From Chthoniobacteraceae bacterium (GTDB lineage: Bacteria; Verrucomicrobiota; Verrucomicrobiia; Chthoniobacterales; Chthoniobacteraceae): a stretch of DNA of 19,662 nucleotides. The stretch covers positions 1 to 19,662 of the forward strand of contig JANNXQ010000272.1 in NCBI GenBank assembly GCA_031409655.1, read 5' to 3'. Below are positions 18,618 to 19,662 of this stretch, in pieces. The notes under the pieces are model-generated. The model was not told where the DNA came from and ran no database searches. It was given only the letters and a program-made list of their open reading frames with translations. Made by a program: the position numbers and the translations under genes. The first letter of the stretch is position 1; every line of letters starts with the position of its first letter.

Positions 18618-19565
18618 ATGCTCCACCGCTTCGCCCAAAAACTCGCCGAGCACGCACTGCCGCTGCGCCGGGCGAAGCTGCGCACCTTGCAGATCAATGT
18701 CGGGCGCAAGTGCAACCAGACCTGTCGGCATTGCCACGTGGATGCCGCCCCCTGGCGCACCGAGATGATGGGCGAGGAAGACGCGCGCCGGGTCGGCGCC
18801 TGGATCGAGCGGCATCGGCCCGAGGTGGTGGACATCACCGGCGGCGCGCCGGAGTTGAGTGAGTGGTTCCGTTACTTCGTCGAGACGGCGCGCGGCGCGG
18901 GGTGTCACGTCATCGATCGGAATAATCTCACGATCATCGAGACCGGTGCCTTTGCGTGGCTGCCCGAGTATCTCGCGCGGCACGAGGTCGAGGTCGTCGC
19001 CTCGCTGCCGTGCTACTCCGCAGCGAATGTGAACGCCCAGCGCGGGGACGGCGTTTTCGATAAAAGCATCGCCGCGCTGCGCAAGCTGAACGCCGTCGGC
19101 TACGGCACGCGGCTCCCGCTGCACCTCGTGTACAATCCTCTCGGCGCAAAGCTCCCCGGCCCGCAGGCGGAACTCGAGGCCGACTACAAGGAGGCGCTGG
19201 AGCGCGAGTTTGGCATCGTCTTTACGAGCCTCTTCACGATCACCAATCAGCCCATCGCGCGCTTCGCCGAGGATCTGCGCGAGCAGGGCCAGTGGAACGA
19301 ATATCTCCAGCTCCTCGCGGACAACTTCAATCTATCGACGGTCGAGGGGCTGATGTGCCGGACCACGCTCAGCGTCGGCTGGCGCGGGGAACTCTACGAT
19401 TGTGACTTTAATCAGATGCTCGGGATGCAGCTCCGCAATGGCGCGCCGCTCCACCTCTGGGACGTGACGCCCGACGACCTCGACGACCGCCCCATCCTCA
19501 CCGGCCAGCATTGCCTCGCCTGCACCGCGGGCAGCGGGAGCAGTTGCACCGGCGCGGTGCCGTAG
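18618..19565 (+). CDS. arsS: Arsenosugar biosynthesis radical SAM protein ArsS family (with DUF3641-type C-terminus)
   Basis: LQINVGRKCNQTCRHCHV (CxxxCxxC), DITGGAPEL, ASLPCY, QRGDGVF, LVYNP, YDCDFNQML and HCLACTAGSGSSC. Adjacent to an arsM-like gene. Confidence 0.9.
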   Translation: MLHRFAQKLAEHALPLRRAKLRTLQINVGRKCNQTCRHCHVDAAPWRTEMMGEEDARRVGAWIERHRPEVVDITGGAPELSEWFRYFVETARGAGCHVIDRNNLTIIETGAFAWLPEYLARHEVEVVASLPCYSAANVNAQRGDGVFDKSIAALRKLNAVGYGTRLPLHLVYNPLGAKLPGPQAELEADYKEALEREFGIVFTSLFTITNQPIARFAEDLREQGQWNEYLQLLADNFNLSTVEGLMCRTTLSVGWRGELYDCDFNQMLGMQLRNGAPLHLWDVTPDDLDDRPILTGQHCLACTAGSGSSCTGAVP

Positions 19566-19568
19566 CCC

Positions 19569-19662
19569 GGGAGCGCCGCCGTCCCGTGCGGCACCGTTCC
19601 CACTCGCGCAGCGCAACTTTGCATAGGCGCTTCGCGCACTGCGTCGAGTGCCGCACGGGACG
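19569..19662. repeat. Inverted pair of REP-like units (REPIN-like), cut by the window end
   Basis: GGGAGCGCCGCCGTCCCGTGCGGCAC starts 3 nt after the arsS stop. CGTCCCGTGCGGCAC (19580-19594) is the exact reverse complement of 19648-19662. Confidence 0.75.

Overview
GC-rich bacterial DNA, most likely Verrucomicrobia (Chthoniobacter-like). That assignment is inferred from the PEP-CTERM protein, the planctomycete-type cytochrome c domain and the repeat types. From left to right: (1) a minus-strand ydaO/c-di-AMP-class riboswitch (~357-214) with its own sigma70-type promoter, probably controlling a gene that leaves the window at the left edge; (2) a small divergent hypothetical protein; (3) a 2549-aa surface protein with about 15 autotransporter-associated beta-strand repeats and a PEP-CTERM tail; (4) a secreted FAD-dependent oxidoreductase with a C-terminal CBM-like domain; (5) tRNA-Ala(CGC) and a convergent YkgJ-type Cys-cluster gene; (6) a heme c/FGE-fold fusion protein followed by a Tat-exported Gfo/Idh/MocA dehydrogenase; (7) two small ORFs and a cluster of palindromic/MITE-like elements; (8) a Fur-family regulator coupled to a beta-lactamase-fold serine hydrolase; (9) a divergent ArsM-like methyltransferase plus ArsS radical SAM pair of the arsenosugar type. 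The most notable items are the riboswitch with its anti-aptamer segment, the Fur / arsM-arsS divergon, the heme-FGE plus Tat dehydrogenase module, and a nested TIR/REP element. All calls come from reading the sequence by eye; no database searches were run.
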